64,000 bases of DNA from Podarcis pityusensis (lineage: Eukaryota): NCBI GenBank assembly GCA_964106645.2, contig OZ067047.1. The stretch is one strand, 5' to 3'. The first letter of the stretch is position 1. Every line of letters starts with the position of its first letter. Made by a program: the position numbers and the translations under genes. This document shows, in pieces, positions 1 through 13,279 of the stretch. The notes below the pieces were generated by a model, which ran no database searches, had not been told where the DNA came from, and saw nothing but the letters and a program-made list of their open reading frames with translations.

Positions 1-382
1 AACCCATTTGGTACAACACTTATGGAAAGCAGCAGAACCAGCTTACTTACAAAAACAGTAACTCCCTGTTGCCTATATTCTCACCCGTAAATCATTTGAA
101 GGGCAATTACTTGCTGCAAGTTCAGTAAATTCTTTTGCAGTATTCTAAGAGTGCTGTTAACACTCCTAATTTGATGTTTCTCATGTCCTTAATTAACTCA
201 GTACAGCCTTCAGATAAGGAAATGTTGACATTGGTTGAGTCTGACAAAGCTAGATCAGTCTTGGGGGAACAAAGACTATACAAGAGGAAAGGGTTAAAAA
301 AAAGACAGAATGCCTGTGCAAAGCACTTCTAAAGAGACTACTAGTAAACTAGGAGTCTATAATTTAAGCACCAAGTACTCAC

Positions 383-481
383 TCTTCAGGTGTTCCCCTG
401 CCCCGGTCAGCAAGTAATAGAAGATGTGGAATGTTCGTTCTTCTTTGGCCTGACGTATTGCTCTCGATTTCTCCAACAGAT
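383..481 (-). CDS. MYH9: MYH9 exon 8 (99 nt, [33 protein letters not shown])
   Basis: cccttaacttaccaaag|ATCTG ... AAGA|gtgagt. Confidence 0.97.
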
Positions 482-1220
482 CTTTGGTAAGTTAAGGGAG
501 AAAAAACAACTACCCATGTCTACATAAATTATATGTATACAGATTCTCAGGTAGCTTGGCATCTTTCTCAGACCCAAACTGGGCAAGTTGTTTTTGCGAA
601 AACCTCTCACATTCAGGAATTAAGCCTCTATACTTTGAATGCTCGACTTCTGTTCATATTATCCTCTCCTTCTGTCACCATACTACTATTAAAGAAAAAG
701 ATACATAAAAGATTTTTCAAAAACAAAGTAACCCAGTTTGCGTGAACTTTAACTGTGCAGGAGTTTGGCAAAACATAATAAAGGGTTTTGGGGGGAGGAT
801 GTAAAGAGTTGTTATTTCGGACTCAATGAGGTATGTTTAAAAGGCAGCTCATGTATTACAGTACTCTGCCAGATTGAGGCTTCTGCCCTAGCGTGGCTCT
901 CAGCAGCTGAGCCCATAGTGCATGTGAGTTAACACAAATGTTCACAAATGGTGTATTATGTTGAACTGGATCACAAGTACTTCAGGAAGAGATCTTATTT
1001 TAAATGTAGCTATAAGATCACTACTCATATGCACGTTAATCGAAGGTTGCCAAGCTCTTCTGAAAATATTATCGTCTTCATAAAAGGCAAGTTGCTTCTT
1101 CAAAGTACAACTTCAAAACACTATCCGCCCACACCTTTTCTTAAGCCAAGATGCCTGTGTGCTCTCCTCCTCCCCCCACTTTAGTTGTTATTTGGATTTC
1201 CCTATCTGTGGGAAGGATAC
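482..1220 (-). other. U12-type (minor spliceosome) GT-AG intron, 739 nt
   Basis: 5' splice site GTATCCTTCC; branch point TCCCTTAAC (plus 491-499) ending 9 nt from the 3' end; no pyrimidine tract between branch point and AAG. Confidence 0.93.
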
Positions 1221-1284
1221 AGGTCTCAATATTGGCTCCTACAATGTAGCCATTTACATCGAAGTTGATTCTGATGAACTTTCC
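1221..1284 (-). CDS. MYH9: MYH9 exon 7 (64 nt, [21 protein letters not shown])
   Basis: tttcag|GGAAAG ... GAGACCT|gtatccttcc (U12-type donor). Confidence 0.97.
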
Positions 1285-2049
1285 CTGAAAGAAGAAAGAA
1301 AACAAGAACTCTTAGCCGACTACACATATTGTAAATGTGGGGTATACAGCTGCTATTCTAGATTTCTATATAAAACTCAGGCTCATTCTACAGAACAGCC
1401 AAGGAACTTGATAACGGGATACTCTTACAAGCATTAAGTGATTAATAAATTAGATGGATCTCAGTAGAGGACCAGGACCTAGGACATCTGCCGCCTCAGA
1501 TGCCACTTGTGGTGAAGGCAGGGAAAATATAATTTTAAATAGGCCACTTTGGCTTCTATTCATTTCCAGGTGCTACATAGCACAGGGTATTTAATGTCTA
1601 ATACCACACCATTATAGCTTCAGTTTCCTTTTAAAATAAATGTTTCAAATCATTCTTAAAAAGGATATTTTACACAGTAAACAGCTAAGTATATTTGATT
1701 TTTTTTTGTTTATGATTACTTTTATTGTTTATAACTACTTCATTATGTTTATGTAGTTATGTAATTTTTTATATATGTTGTAAGCTGCCTTGAGCATGGT
1801 TTTAAATTTGGAAAGGCAGCATACAAATAAAATGTTTGATATTGCTAACTATATCAGAGGCAATCAGGGTTTAGGATGACTCACGCATATAGTATTAATA
1901 TGAGTTTGTGGGTAATCTACTTGCCCCAAATACCCTTCAAATGCGGACAAGGTGAAGTTTGCATTCAGAACTACATCCAAGGCCAAACAGCTAAAACCAC
2001 ATTCAACTATATCCTTCCCCTGCCCCCCAAACTTCAAATGCATAATTCA

Positions 2050-2169
<120 letters not shown>

Positions 2170-2401
2170 TCAGGAAATCAGACATGAAAATTACTTTCAA
2201 CCCATTCATTTAGAAGGTGATATATTTTGTCAACTCCTGGCTCCAAACTCTTATTTCCATAAGTAGCACTGTATAGATGTGTTGGGAGATGTATGCCTTA
2301 AGAAATACACTTCCTTAATGGTAAACTAATGACATCAAAAGAAAAATCTCTCCATACGGTAAGCTCAGAGAAACAAAACCTGCTGCCTTCAAGGTTTATA
2401 T

Positions 2402-2654
2402 CATGGGTAGGCAAACTAAGGCTCGGGGAGCCGGATCTGGCCCAATCGCCTTCTAAATCCTGCCTGCGGATGGTCTGGGAATCAGCATGTTTTTAGATGA
2501 GTAGAATGTGTGCTTTTATTTAAAATGCATCTCTGGGTTATTTGTGGGGCATAGGAATTCATTCTTGATTTGTTTTTCAAAATATAGTCCGGCCCCCCAC
2601 AAGGTCTGAGGGACAGTGCACCGGCTCCCGGCTGAAAAAGTTTGCTGACCCCTG
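2402..2654. mobile_element. Non-autonomous hAT-type DNA transposon (MITE)
   Basis: Termini CATGGGTAGGCAAACT / AGTTTGCTGACCCCTG; perfect 8-bp TSD GTTTATAT. Confidence 0.88.
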
Positions 2655-5600
2655 GTTTATATGAATACATAGCTGCTGAAAAACTGTTCCACTTTTGCTG
2701 ACCTAAGATCACACTGCATCAACTTCTCCTCCTATTCCAGCTTTCCATGTTTCTGAACTTGCTTTCCACTGGACTTTAGTACCTCCCAGAGCTCAGATAC
2801 ACAACTCTTCGGTTTCCATATAGCACCAAATCTGCTGCTGGTGCTACAACAGTTGCAGTGTAAACTTGACAGTTTTGCTCACTCAGCTGAATGCAGGGCT
2901 AAGAAAGGGGCCTTTACTCAACTGTTGCTTTGGGTTTCCTGTAAGTGATCCAACTTCACATACATTTAGAAGAGCTCTGAACTCTGCTGTCCGTTGTGCA
3001 GCTTGGTACCACAACAACAGCAGCAGCAACAACATTGTTTCATGGTGACAGTGGGCTTGTTGGGCCATTGGAATAGATTCTGGCCAAGACAGCTGCTATC
3101 CATCACAGACCACCCCATCAGCTGTGCAGAAGGAAGCAAAGCCTCAGATGAGTGCCGAAAAGTTTATTTTGCCAGCAATGTAGAATTTCCTCTATTGTCA
3201 CATGTGCATGTATGCTAGGAAGGCCTCTGCCCCCCCCCCCCCGCAATTCTCCCGTTTGATCCTGCAGTGGAGTCCTAATCCTTTGTTTGTTACTGCAATC
3301 TGTTGCTATGGAAATGAGTGATGTCACAGACCGAAACACTACAACTTCAGCGCAGGGTCAAGATCTGAAGAAAAGCTATGTTTAGAGGAAGCAGCAGCAG
3401 CTTAAATATTCCAATGCAGGACTCCAGGGCTAAAAATGTAACTATAAGGAGCAATGGTTGCTTTGAGTGTTTTTCTGCAGTCAACAGTAATTCATTGCAC
3501 CTTTTTCACTAGAAAAATGGGGGGGAGGGATTAAGAAGAGACACAAATGGGTTGGAGCCAGCCACAGAAGGAAGGGGGAGGCTGTTTTAGAGACCCAAAG
3601 AAGCACAAGCTATTGTAGCTCCCCATATAAACTTAACCAGTGAAGAATTTAGAGAAGGAATTGGCTACCTAGCTGACAGTAAGATTATGAAAACCTAGAG
3701 CTACCAAATGCATTTGAAACAAGACGTTGCAATACATACTCATCCCCAAATAGGAGTGCTGTTTCTTTTTTCCCCCAACTATGACTACTGGGCATGCTCA
3801 GTCCTCAATGGGTTGTTTGGGGGATTGTCCTCATAGGGCTGCGGGCGTTGCTTAAGACTTCTTCAAATATGAGACTCCCTCAATCCAATACCACTTTCTT
3901 GTTTCTCAGCAGTCCCATTTTAGCTCAATTTCTGCCAGCACTCACCACCACCAATTCTTAGTAGAGGGAATGACTGCATATTGTGATCAAGTAATATACA
4001 ATGTCCTTTTTCTGAAATATCTGATTCATGAGTTAGGGTCTGTTCGGATACTATTTCCCACCAAGAAGAGATCAGGAACATGACTTAAGGTGTCACAGAA
4101 CCAAGGAAATCCCATACCCTATGCAATTTCTTCATTTGATCACACAGTGAGGGACATATGAGCCCAAAGCCTGTTTCTGGACACAATCCCAGGAGTGAAA
4201 TAATGTCCTAACAGGTCCTCAATATGGGTTGCTAATATTTATTTTTCTTCAGTTGCAGCCTGAACTTTTTCATTCTTTTTTGTGTGTCGCATAGCCAATT
4301 TAATCATGCATGTCACTACAGCCACAGATTCTGTTCCATTTGGCCACAGTGTGGGCATGAGCCTTTCATCGTTTCAGAAAAACTTGCATAAAGAGTATCT
4401 TCACAATTTTCCCACACAGCAGCTCCAAATACTTCCTCCAGGAAAGAATCCAGGAACAGTATCACCCTTGGGAGTCTTCAGATATTTGATGTCTGGTCCG
4501 GAAAAGGCTTTTAAAGATTTCCACCCCTCTACTCATGACTAAAGCCAGCTGAAGCAGATCTCAGAAGGGATTCAGGATGAGAAGAGACAGTTTGAACTAA
4601 TTGTCCCACCTTGGAACTAACCAGCCGGTCTGCTGAAACAGCAGATCATGCCAACCTCCTCCTCCAGCAATGCTGCTGCTGAGAAACTTTAGAAAATACC
4701 AAATGCTGTGGACAGCTTTGCTTGAAAGCACTACGGTGCTAAGAATTTCAATTGCAAAGTGAAAAGTTTGCCCAAGTTGTGGTTTTAAAACTCTGCAATC
4801 TAAAGCCTAGCACTATTAATACATAAAGCCGGGTGCATGTCATATCCAGCCATCCTTTAACACAACTTTCCTGATCAACAGGCCTGTCTCCTGACCCTGG
4901 AAACTATCACAAATATTGATTCTAAGCATGTCTGGGGGGGGGGGATCAAAACTCTCCTAAATAAGCCATTAATAATTGTTAATTCCTACTCAAAAGCATG
5001 GGTGGAAAGATTGATTGTGATAGTTAGATTTAAACATCAACACACACAACATAAAAAAGTTCTATGTCTGCTTCAGGCTTCTAAAAGCAATACAGTACTT
5101 TGACTAATCTTAAAAAAACCCCAAAAGGACTTCAAGTTAAAGCTGGGGGAAGGGCTCCAAAATTGTTACACTGGGGGCTGATTGATTGCCACCTTATATC
5201 CTAGGTTTTGACAGCACTGGGACAGAATATACATGCTTTCAGATCCCTAAATCCTAACACAGAAATGTTTTTTGTGCCTGTTCTAAGTATACTCACTGAC
5301 AGTCTATTGGAGCAGCTGTCATCTCTCAAAAGGTTTGGCATACAGAAGACTATATCTTGGTTTGCTTCCAAAAGCCACTCATTAGAATGTGCGCACACGC
5401 ACACACACCATGCAGAGATATTTTGAGAGCTAACCCTATGGACACACAGCATGCCAGTACATTAAAGAATCAAAACCCAAGATTTTATGTAGCAACAGGG
5501 AATACACTTGGCATCTGGGTTTCATTATAATGTTTACAAGATAACTAGCATTTCCTCATGTGTTTAACTTGGGCAAAGAGCTCTGAGCTGGAACATCCAG

Positions 5601-6504
5601 CCTGTGCCGGGGCAGTTTCTTCATGACCTTTCCCAACATCCTGCACCACAGCAAGTACGCTGGATGGGTTGAGGAGAGTGGAGAAAGTCAGCTGGCTCTG
5701 TCTAGCCAGAATACCATGGATACCAGATACCCTCTTTGGAACAGCACAGAGTATCTGTGTCACTGTGCAGAATGCCTCTCAGCGCACATAGGAAATTCTA
5801 TTCAGACAGACCTAAAGTGAGAATTACTAATAGGTTTTGACTATACGTGAGAAAGTGTCATGAGGTAAACTGTAGTCTCCCATTCGGGATGTCTCGGGAG
5901 GAAGAAAGCTGTGTGATTCAAACTGTGAACTGATAGTGGCAAAAAGTGACATTGGTGGGAGTGAAAAGCTGCTATAAGTCACACAGTAGAGCAACACACG
6001 CATTCCTGGTGCAGATCGTGCAGTAAACGTGCAGCTCACCTATGAAGTCCCAACTGATGAGTTCGGACATAATCCATCAAGAGAAGGGAGGAAAAATAAA
6101 TGAGACAATATTTCATAGATACCCTCCTTAGCACAAAAGACACACACTGTCAGAGTGTTTTTGCTTACTACCTATAACAGAAAAGAAGGCTCTAGTGATG
6201 GAACACTTTCTTCATTGCAAATGGGGGGGGGGGGACAACAGCCACAACTCCAGGAGAAGAGGTGGTCAAGTAGTTTTAAACTGACGCTACAATAAGGAGG
6301 CAGATGGTACCTCCCTGCCAGTAGGTGAATGCACTGTCACATACAGCGGTCATTTAGACACAATTCAACATCTACTGCCACTTCACTGAAGTCAGTGAAC
6401 ACAAGTCAGGAGCACAATATTAGCCAGTCTCACATAAAATTCGGGACCATTCACATTATTACAAAGCATCAATCAGTACTAAATTATCTCCCATAAAGAG
6501 GTCA

Positions 6505-6672
<168 letters not shown>

Positions 6673-7096
6673 TTATCGGGATATATTTGCAAACATTTAC
6701 CTCTCTTTAGCAACTTTCTAAAATATTGTTTTCAGGAGCCTAGTCCACATATTTCCCTAAACGTCTTGCTAGCTTGTATATGGTGAACAAGGTTACCACA
6801 ATACCTACCAGGTTGCTTTCTTAACTACCAGTTCTCCAAGCATTTACACTTGATATGCTTCCACTAGGGGGGCCTATAACGTCTTCTCCTGGTCTTTATC
6901 TGCCCTTATCTTTTTCTAGTGAGACTTGGTAAACATGTGAAAAATTATGCACACACCTGCCTTTCAAAGTATTAGTTAGACCCGGAGAGATTAAAGTTTC
7001 ACAGTAAAACCACTCCTGTGAGTCAACTACATTTTAAAAAGCTGCTTAAACTGCCAAGAACTATATCAGCAATGGGGAAATTATGCAAATACTTAC

Positions 7097-7124
7097 GTGC
7101 AAAGAATGGCCTGATCCTCTCGAT
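7097..7124 (-). CDS. MYH9: MYH9 exon 4 (28 nt, DREDQAILCT)
   Basis: tttcag|ATCGAGAGGATCAGGCCATTCTTTGCAC|gtaagt; phase fits both neighbours. Confidence 0.96.
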
Positions 7125-7757
7125 CTGAAATTAAGAAGCAAACAAAAGACGATCAGATTCAGGCCAAGGTCACCTTTATTCCATCTCACTGCCTCTTAAG
7201 CAAACTTGCATAGTCTCAGGCCTCTTGGCAAATCTCTTCAACACAGCCTGCACCTCTGTTGTTGTATTTTCTTGCACATACACCCCCAGCAGATTCAACA
7301 AAATGCAATGGAGGGGTGGGGTCTTAAAGGGTAGCCTCAATGCCTATATTGCCCTTATTCAAGTAAAACAGTATGACTGGGATTACTGATAAATTAATAA
7401 ATCCTGCCTATCTTCACAGCCACCATGTTATCTACAGAATTCCTGCTCTTGGTGTGGTATGCGCAGAAAAAAAATTCCAAATAGTTGGGAGAACCATATC
7501 ACTTGTTTTATACTCTCCTACATGTATAACTAAAATTCCTTTTTGTGTCAGGTAAGATTAGAAGGTGACGTAACTTAACCAAGCGTGCAAGCCAGAGTTC
7601 TCTGCTGATACAGAGCCATACCCAATAGCATTTTTTTTTTACCTGATTTTTTTACCACTGCTACAGGAACCAAAGAAACTGAAGAGCTGGGATTCAGGGT
7701 TAGTAATTCAGCTACTCATATACAGTGCATTTTATATGGTGCTTAGCTACATACAGA

Positions 7758-7874
7758 GGGTGATCTCCAACTAAGTCATATTCTGAGTAGACCCACTGAA
7801 ATAAACTGACTTGTTACTGAAGTTTATTGATTTCAGTGTGTCTGCTCAGAGCATGAGTTAGTCAGAGATCACCC
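7758..7874. mobile_element. Short imperfect-palindromic MITE-like repeat
   Basis: GGGTGATCTC...GAGATCACCC ends; related copies at ~32649-32760 and ~38075-38192. Confidence 0.6.
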
Positions 7875-10800
7875 AAATTAATTAATAACCAGTTAGATTA
7901 CTCCACTAGCATACATGTGCCTTGCAAAGTAAGTGACAAGTTTTTGGACTCTCTACCAGTTAATAAGAGCATACGAGTTGAAGGATTCTCAACAGTTAAT
8001 GGGCTCTGCATGACTGGGCATTGATTCATTTGCACATAGCCCCAGGAGGTGTATTTAGTAACATAGACAACTGGGTGGTTCTGTATCATGCAGGCAATTC
8101 CAGTAAGGCAGTTTTTTCTCTGAATAATGATGACATTTTTTAAAAGAAGCTACAGGTGCTTAAAGTACACTGTCTCTGTATCCAAACATCAATTCATGCC
8201 TCATTACTATAGGGGGAAGCCAAATGGAGAACGCCTGCAGAAGCCCTATGCATCTTGCGTCATAACCAGCCATCCTTTTGCCTACAGTAGGAGCCATTCT
8301 ACTTCCATTCCAGCCTGCAGGAAAAAACTTAACTCAGCAGCTGACCAATTAGCCTGAAATTCTTTGTGGGAAAAGTAGTGCCTTCATCCCTATAGAATTT
8401 GATGCATTAGCAGGCAAACTAGTCAGAAAAAACCCCAAGTGTGGCAGCAATCCCTCCTCCCCCTCTATTGTCAGCTGCAGGTTGGTTAGTCACCTCCTCC
8501 TTAAGCTTTAAAGAATGTACCTGCACAAGTACAGGCAAGTCACATGGCAAGTATGCAGACACTACCATAAAAGGAAATAGGCCCCTTTGGAGGGGGGGGG
8601 GGCGAGGAGAAGGAGAGAATTTTCCCAGCCTAGTAGAGCAGTCATCACTGGGATAGCTGGAATTCTTCTGCCTGAGAAGTGCCGCATGGTATCCTACTTC
8701 CTGTTGCTCAACTCTTAGAACAAACAGACTTCCCTCCCCCAAAACAGTAAGCTAACGCATACACAGAAAAAGCTGCACAATTGCACAATGATACAGCAGC
8801 TATGTTATGTTTTAGAATATTGTATTTTCCGTTCAGTCTGGGCTCTATTATGCTCATGAGATTATCCTACAGATTAAATGTGTTTGTATTGTCAGATAAA
8901 TATTTTATATTATTTTATTGTAAACTGCTTAGAAATATTTCTTTCTTGATCATTATTATGTGATCTGTAAGTTTTGATAAATAAAATAAATACAACAAAG
9001 GCACCCATTTCAAAACTGACTGTCCAGCAGGATATTGGGCTGCTCCTTCTGGGGATTGTGCAAGTGCTCAGATAGCCTATATTTGTTTTGCTGGGGCAGG
9101 AGGGTGAGAAAGGAAGAAGGAAAATAAATGTAACCAAATGCTCATTTATAAGATAATTAAAGAAGGAGTCTACATCTGCTTTACAGGCCCAGATATGTAT
9201 CTTTTGACTATGCTTTTAATAAGTAACGCATTAGTCTATAGCATTGGCTCTGTATTTCAGAGCAGTTATTCAATGAGCAGCTGTCTTATGAGCTATACAA
9301 GTTCTGTTCAATATTTATTATCAAGCCTGGTCTTTAACACTTAAGAAGCAATACAGATTTTAAAAAGGCAAAATTATTATTTATTCCAGAGAGATGGGCT
9401 GTTACAGCAACGCACAAGTTTGTAGACTAACAGGATTATTGTGGTACAATCTGTCATTGACTAGAGTCCATCTTATGAGATGCATGGCTTGGAAGCATTT
9501 GATGCAAACTGCTTCATCATGCAAATTTAAATATAGTTTTACGTATCTGTGGAATCCTTGTAGCTGGAAAAAAATAGATGAGTTCTGTAGCAGAAGTGCT
9601 AAAATAATGGTAGTTATTACATGCTTCTCAAGTACATGCATTTGAGGTGTTCTAATTGCCCAAGAGGAGATTATATTTTGAACTCTGGGGAGGGTGGGGA
9701 TAAGAAGAGAAAATGTTAACATGCTGCTTAGTGCTTCACAACTCAGTTACAGAATATCCTAACAGGCCTTTATCACCCACTTCCTCTGCATGAGCAACTC
9801 CGAGTTGAGTCTGTTTAACTCCATAAAAGGAGAACATAGCACTCACACTATGGTGACATCATCTCTCCAGCCAAGAGGAAGCAGAGCTAAAAAGGCAAAA
9901 GGTTTGATCCCTGCTTATAGCTGATTCATTAACACAGGCAGTTTGACTATTGCTAAAGAGCAAAGCCTGCCTCCTAAATACAGAAAAAGATAGTTTCCCC
10001 CATCTCTATGGTTTATCATCAGAAATATTTAGGCATCACAGCTAATGTAACTGCATTTAAGGCACTGTAATTAACAGTAGTAGTAGTACCCCGCCCATCT
10101 GACTGGATGGATATAGAACATGAATTATCATACATCTCATCAGCTATCTTGCCTCCTTTGTTTTTACAGTGCTCTTTTTGTAACACATTTTCCATCTCAA
10201 CACTGGAAAAAGCCTCAGGGGGTACTTCACTTGTCTTTTACAATTTTGGAAATGAGGTGGAGGCATGGGGTGGGGGGACTCCTGGCACACATTATTTCCT
10301 CCTTACCATCTCCTTTCCCTGGATGATACAGTAGGGAACAGAGCACCAAGAGGTTAAGAAGTTGGTCAATAATAATATTCTGAGTACTACTCTGACTTGT
10401 CTGAACTAAAAGACTAATGAACGGTTTTGGAGCAGTTTAGAATCTGAAAGTGGTTACAGAAATCTTGATTCAATTAAAATTCAACAGTTGGGCAATTAAC
10501 TTTTATTAGGACCAAATATGTCACAAAATCATGGGAACAAGCTTTTGAATTTTCTACAAAACTTCAAGGGGCAGGTAGGAGAAAGATGGAAGAATTGGCT
10601 TGATGTTATAGTCAAAAGGTCAGCATCTAGATTCAGACTTGATTGGCTTCATCTTTGCTAGGTACTGGGATATATTTAGGATTCTGGGACAAAACAATAC
10701 TGGCTGACCCCCCAATTTGGGAAACAAAGTCCAGTAGTTACCCCAACCTTTCTGCATCTTTAAGCAAACAATACAGGTTCTTTCACTTTTTAAATCTTAC

Positions 10801-10940
10801 TCAACTCATTGCATGAGATTTCAAGAGGCAATATTTTGAGTGCATGTACTTCTAGGGTAAAATACGAAAACTTGCATCTGTTCTTGTCAGATGGACCTCA
10901 CCATTAACAGATGAAATGTCTTTTTCACACCTCCCACTAT

Positions 10941-11087
10941 CAGTGGCGTAGCGTGGGTTGTCAGCACCCAGGGCAAGGCAAGTAATTTGCGCCCCCTAAC
11001 CCATGGATTTGCGCCCCCTAACCCTAACCCCCAGATGTTGCGCCCGGTGCGGCCAGCCCCCCCTGCACCCCCCACGCTACGCCACTG
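10941..11087. mobile_element. 147-bp hAT-type MITE
   Basis: TIR CAGTGGCGTAGCGTGGG / CCCACGCTACGCCACTG; perfect 8-bp TSD CCCACTAT. Confidence 0.92.
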
Positions 11088-13279
11088 CCCACTATGTTAA
11101 CTGGAGACAATTAGAACATGACCAAAGCAGAATTTTAAGAGGAACTAATTTCATTTCCCACTAAATGAATTTACAGCAAGAAGCAGTTTCACATACAAAG
11201 AGAGTCACTTAAAAAACACTATCTTATTCCCTCCAGTCTGCATCATAAAAAAATTGCTCTTTTATATTCTGTGGGTTTAATTTGGTTGGGGAAAAACAGC
11301 TGTTAATCATGAGACACCAAAACGACTAAGAATGTTAGAACTCCACTCCTATTGGAAGGCTTGTCTAAACCAACTGCCTTTTTTGTCATCTACCTTGACA
11401 TCTGGAGATATGCAATATGAATCAGCATGTAGCGACATTCAAATTTTACCTTTTTCTTTTTAAAATGTAGATTCCACTGGCATAATTTACAGCAAATGTA
11501 AAGATGTATGCAAAAGTCAACCATGACAATGTCAGGCATCAGCCGAAGTGTTGTGTTTTTTCCCCTCTTGTCAGCCTTAGTAGCCCTTGTTCATATTAAA
11601 TATGTTTTCCTACCCTTTCCGTATTGATAAAAATAATCAAACTTGTCGGTATGATAAAATATAATCAGACTTACAAAAAAAGATAGTATTTCGAGAGGGG
11701 AAATTGTGAAGCATGAGCTATTTCCAACATGGAGCCTATTTGCCCTGGTTATCATTGTTGGGAAATTGACCTCCACACTCTTAAAGGCAAGCTGACAGAA
11801 TCATTTCCCTCTCTTAAGTACATTTAAGAGAAATGCTGGTGGGGTTATATGAAAGTCATGGCCTTTAACAAAATAAAGACCCAGTTGTTTTTTAAACCTC
11901 CCTTTGTGAATCAGAATCCAGAACAAAAGATTTAGCATAAACAAGACTTGATTCAAAAGGGACATGGAATGCTACACTAAGCAAGCCAGACTAGACTTGA
12001 CTAACAAATAGTACATTCTTGGCCCCAACTTCTGAAATATGTAAACATTATGGGTTTCACACAGAAGATTTAACATTTAACAGATATTGGGGGGAGGGGG
12101 AGAGAGGAAGTCTTCAGCTTTAAGTCTCAGCCACAAGGCTATTGAATGAGACCTAAAGATCACCAAGAACCCTCCCTGCTTCCCCAAAATGGCAGAATCC
12201 TACATACTACATTATCCCAAGCTTGCAATGCAACAAGGAGAAGCAAACAAAAGCCTGATGGTAGTGGGCTTGCAAGGAAGACTGTTGTACATATTCCAGT
12301 TTGTCATAATTTATTGGGTTTGTTCAAGCCACCTATAAAAGGTACTCTGGCTCCACTGTTACTTATTTACATACTGGAGCAGCAGTTCAGCCTCATAAAA
12401 GGATACTGACTGGCTGTTTCCTCATTCTCTCTCATACATACACAAGCAAACTCATGAAGGACACCTTGATGCCTATCTTGATGCATTCTTGAATGCATTG
12501 AAACCTACATTAACACCCAAGGTTCTAGCAAATCCAGAGTTCTGACGCAGCCATGTATATACCTGATTTCTAGGCCCCTCCCTCTGCCAGCTGATTTGGC
12601 CTGGGGCAGGGAGTTTCATCATCATAAAACTATATGGGCTGCCAAAAGAGATGCCAGTTCCAAAAAGAGGCAGTGACACATCAGTCTGGCCGCATTACAA
12701 AAAGGTTAAGAAACTTGGGTATTAGTTGAAACCAAGCAAGCCCCTGCTCCTCCTCTGCAGGCTGCCAATTAGCATGCCCTAAACCAAGTGCTGAAATCTA
12801 ACCAATTAACATGCAGGTCTTTCTGCTTCACCAGCTCAGGGAAATAACTGCACCCCCATGCTGAGAATGGGTCAGAGACATCAGCTTGCCATGCTTTTTT
12901 AAGAAGTGCTCAAAACCATGAAAGATTTCCTGCCTGTTAGACTTTGAATAGAGTCTAGGGCACAAACAGCTAATCCTGAATGCCTCTGGTTCTTGCAGAG
13001 CACTGTGGCCTTTCATCTTCTGTACTCAATACAGATTCCTCCCATACCACTGGCTGCTGCATCAAGCCTCCCCCACGGATTAAGCAGAACTGAAAGCAAC
13101 GGAGGAATGCTGCTTTCCAGAGACCAGAAGATTGACTGGAATCAAAAGTTGCGCTGCAGCAGACCTCCAACCGAACATGAAACTTTCACATTGTATCCCA
13201 AAAGTGGCAACTCTACAAGAGCCTACTCATCTGAGCATAGCCACTGCCATGGCCAGAATATATTTTAAAATGTACCTAC

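Noticed and set aside
2994-3218. Poly-Q ORF
   Set aside because: Short CAA/CAG repeat in an intron on the antisense strand
3946-3956. 11-nt microexon candidate before GTGAGT in intron 5
   Set aside because: AAG acceptor, weak pyrimidine tract, out of frame; no further support
8266-8285. CCAGCCATCCTTTTGCCTAC, resembling the MYH11 loop-1 insert
   Set aside because: Wrong strand and wrong intron
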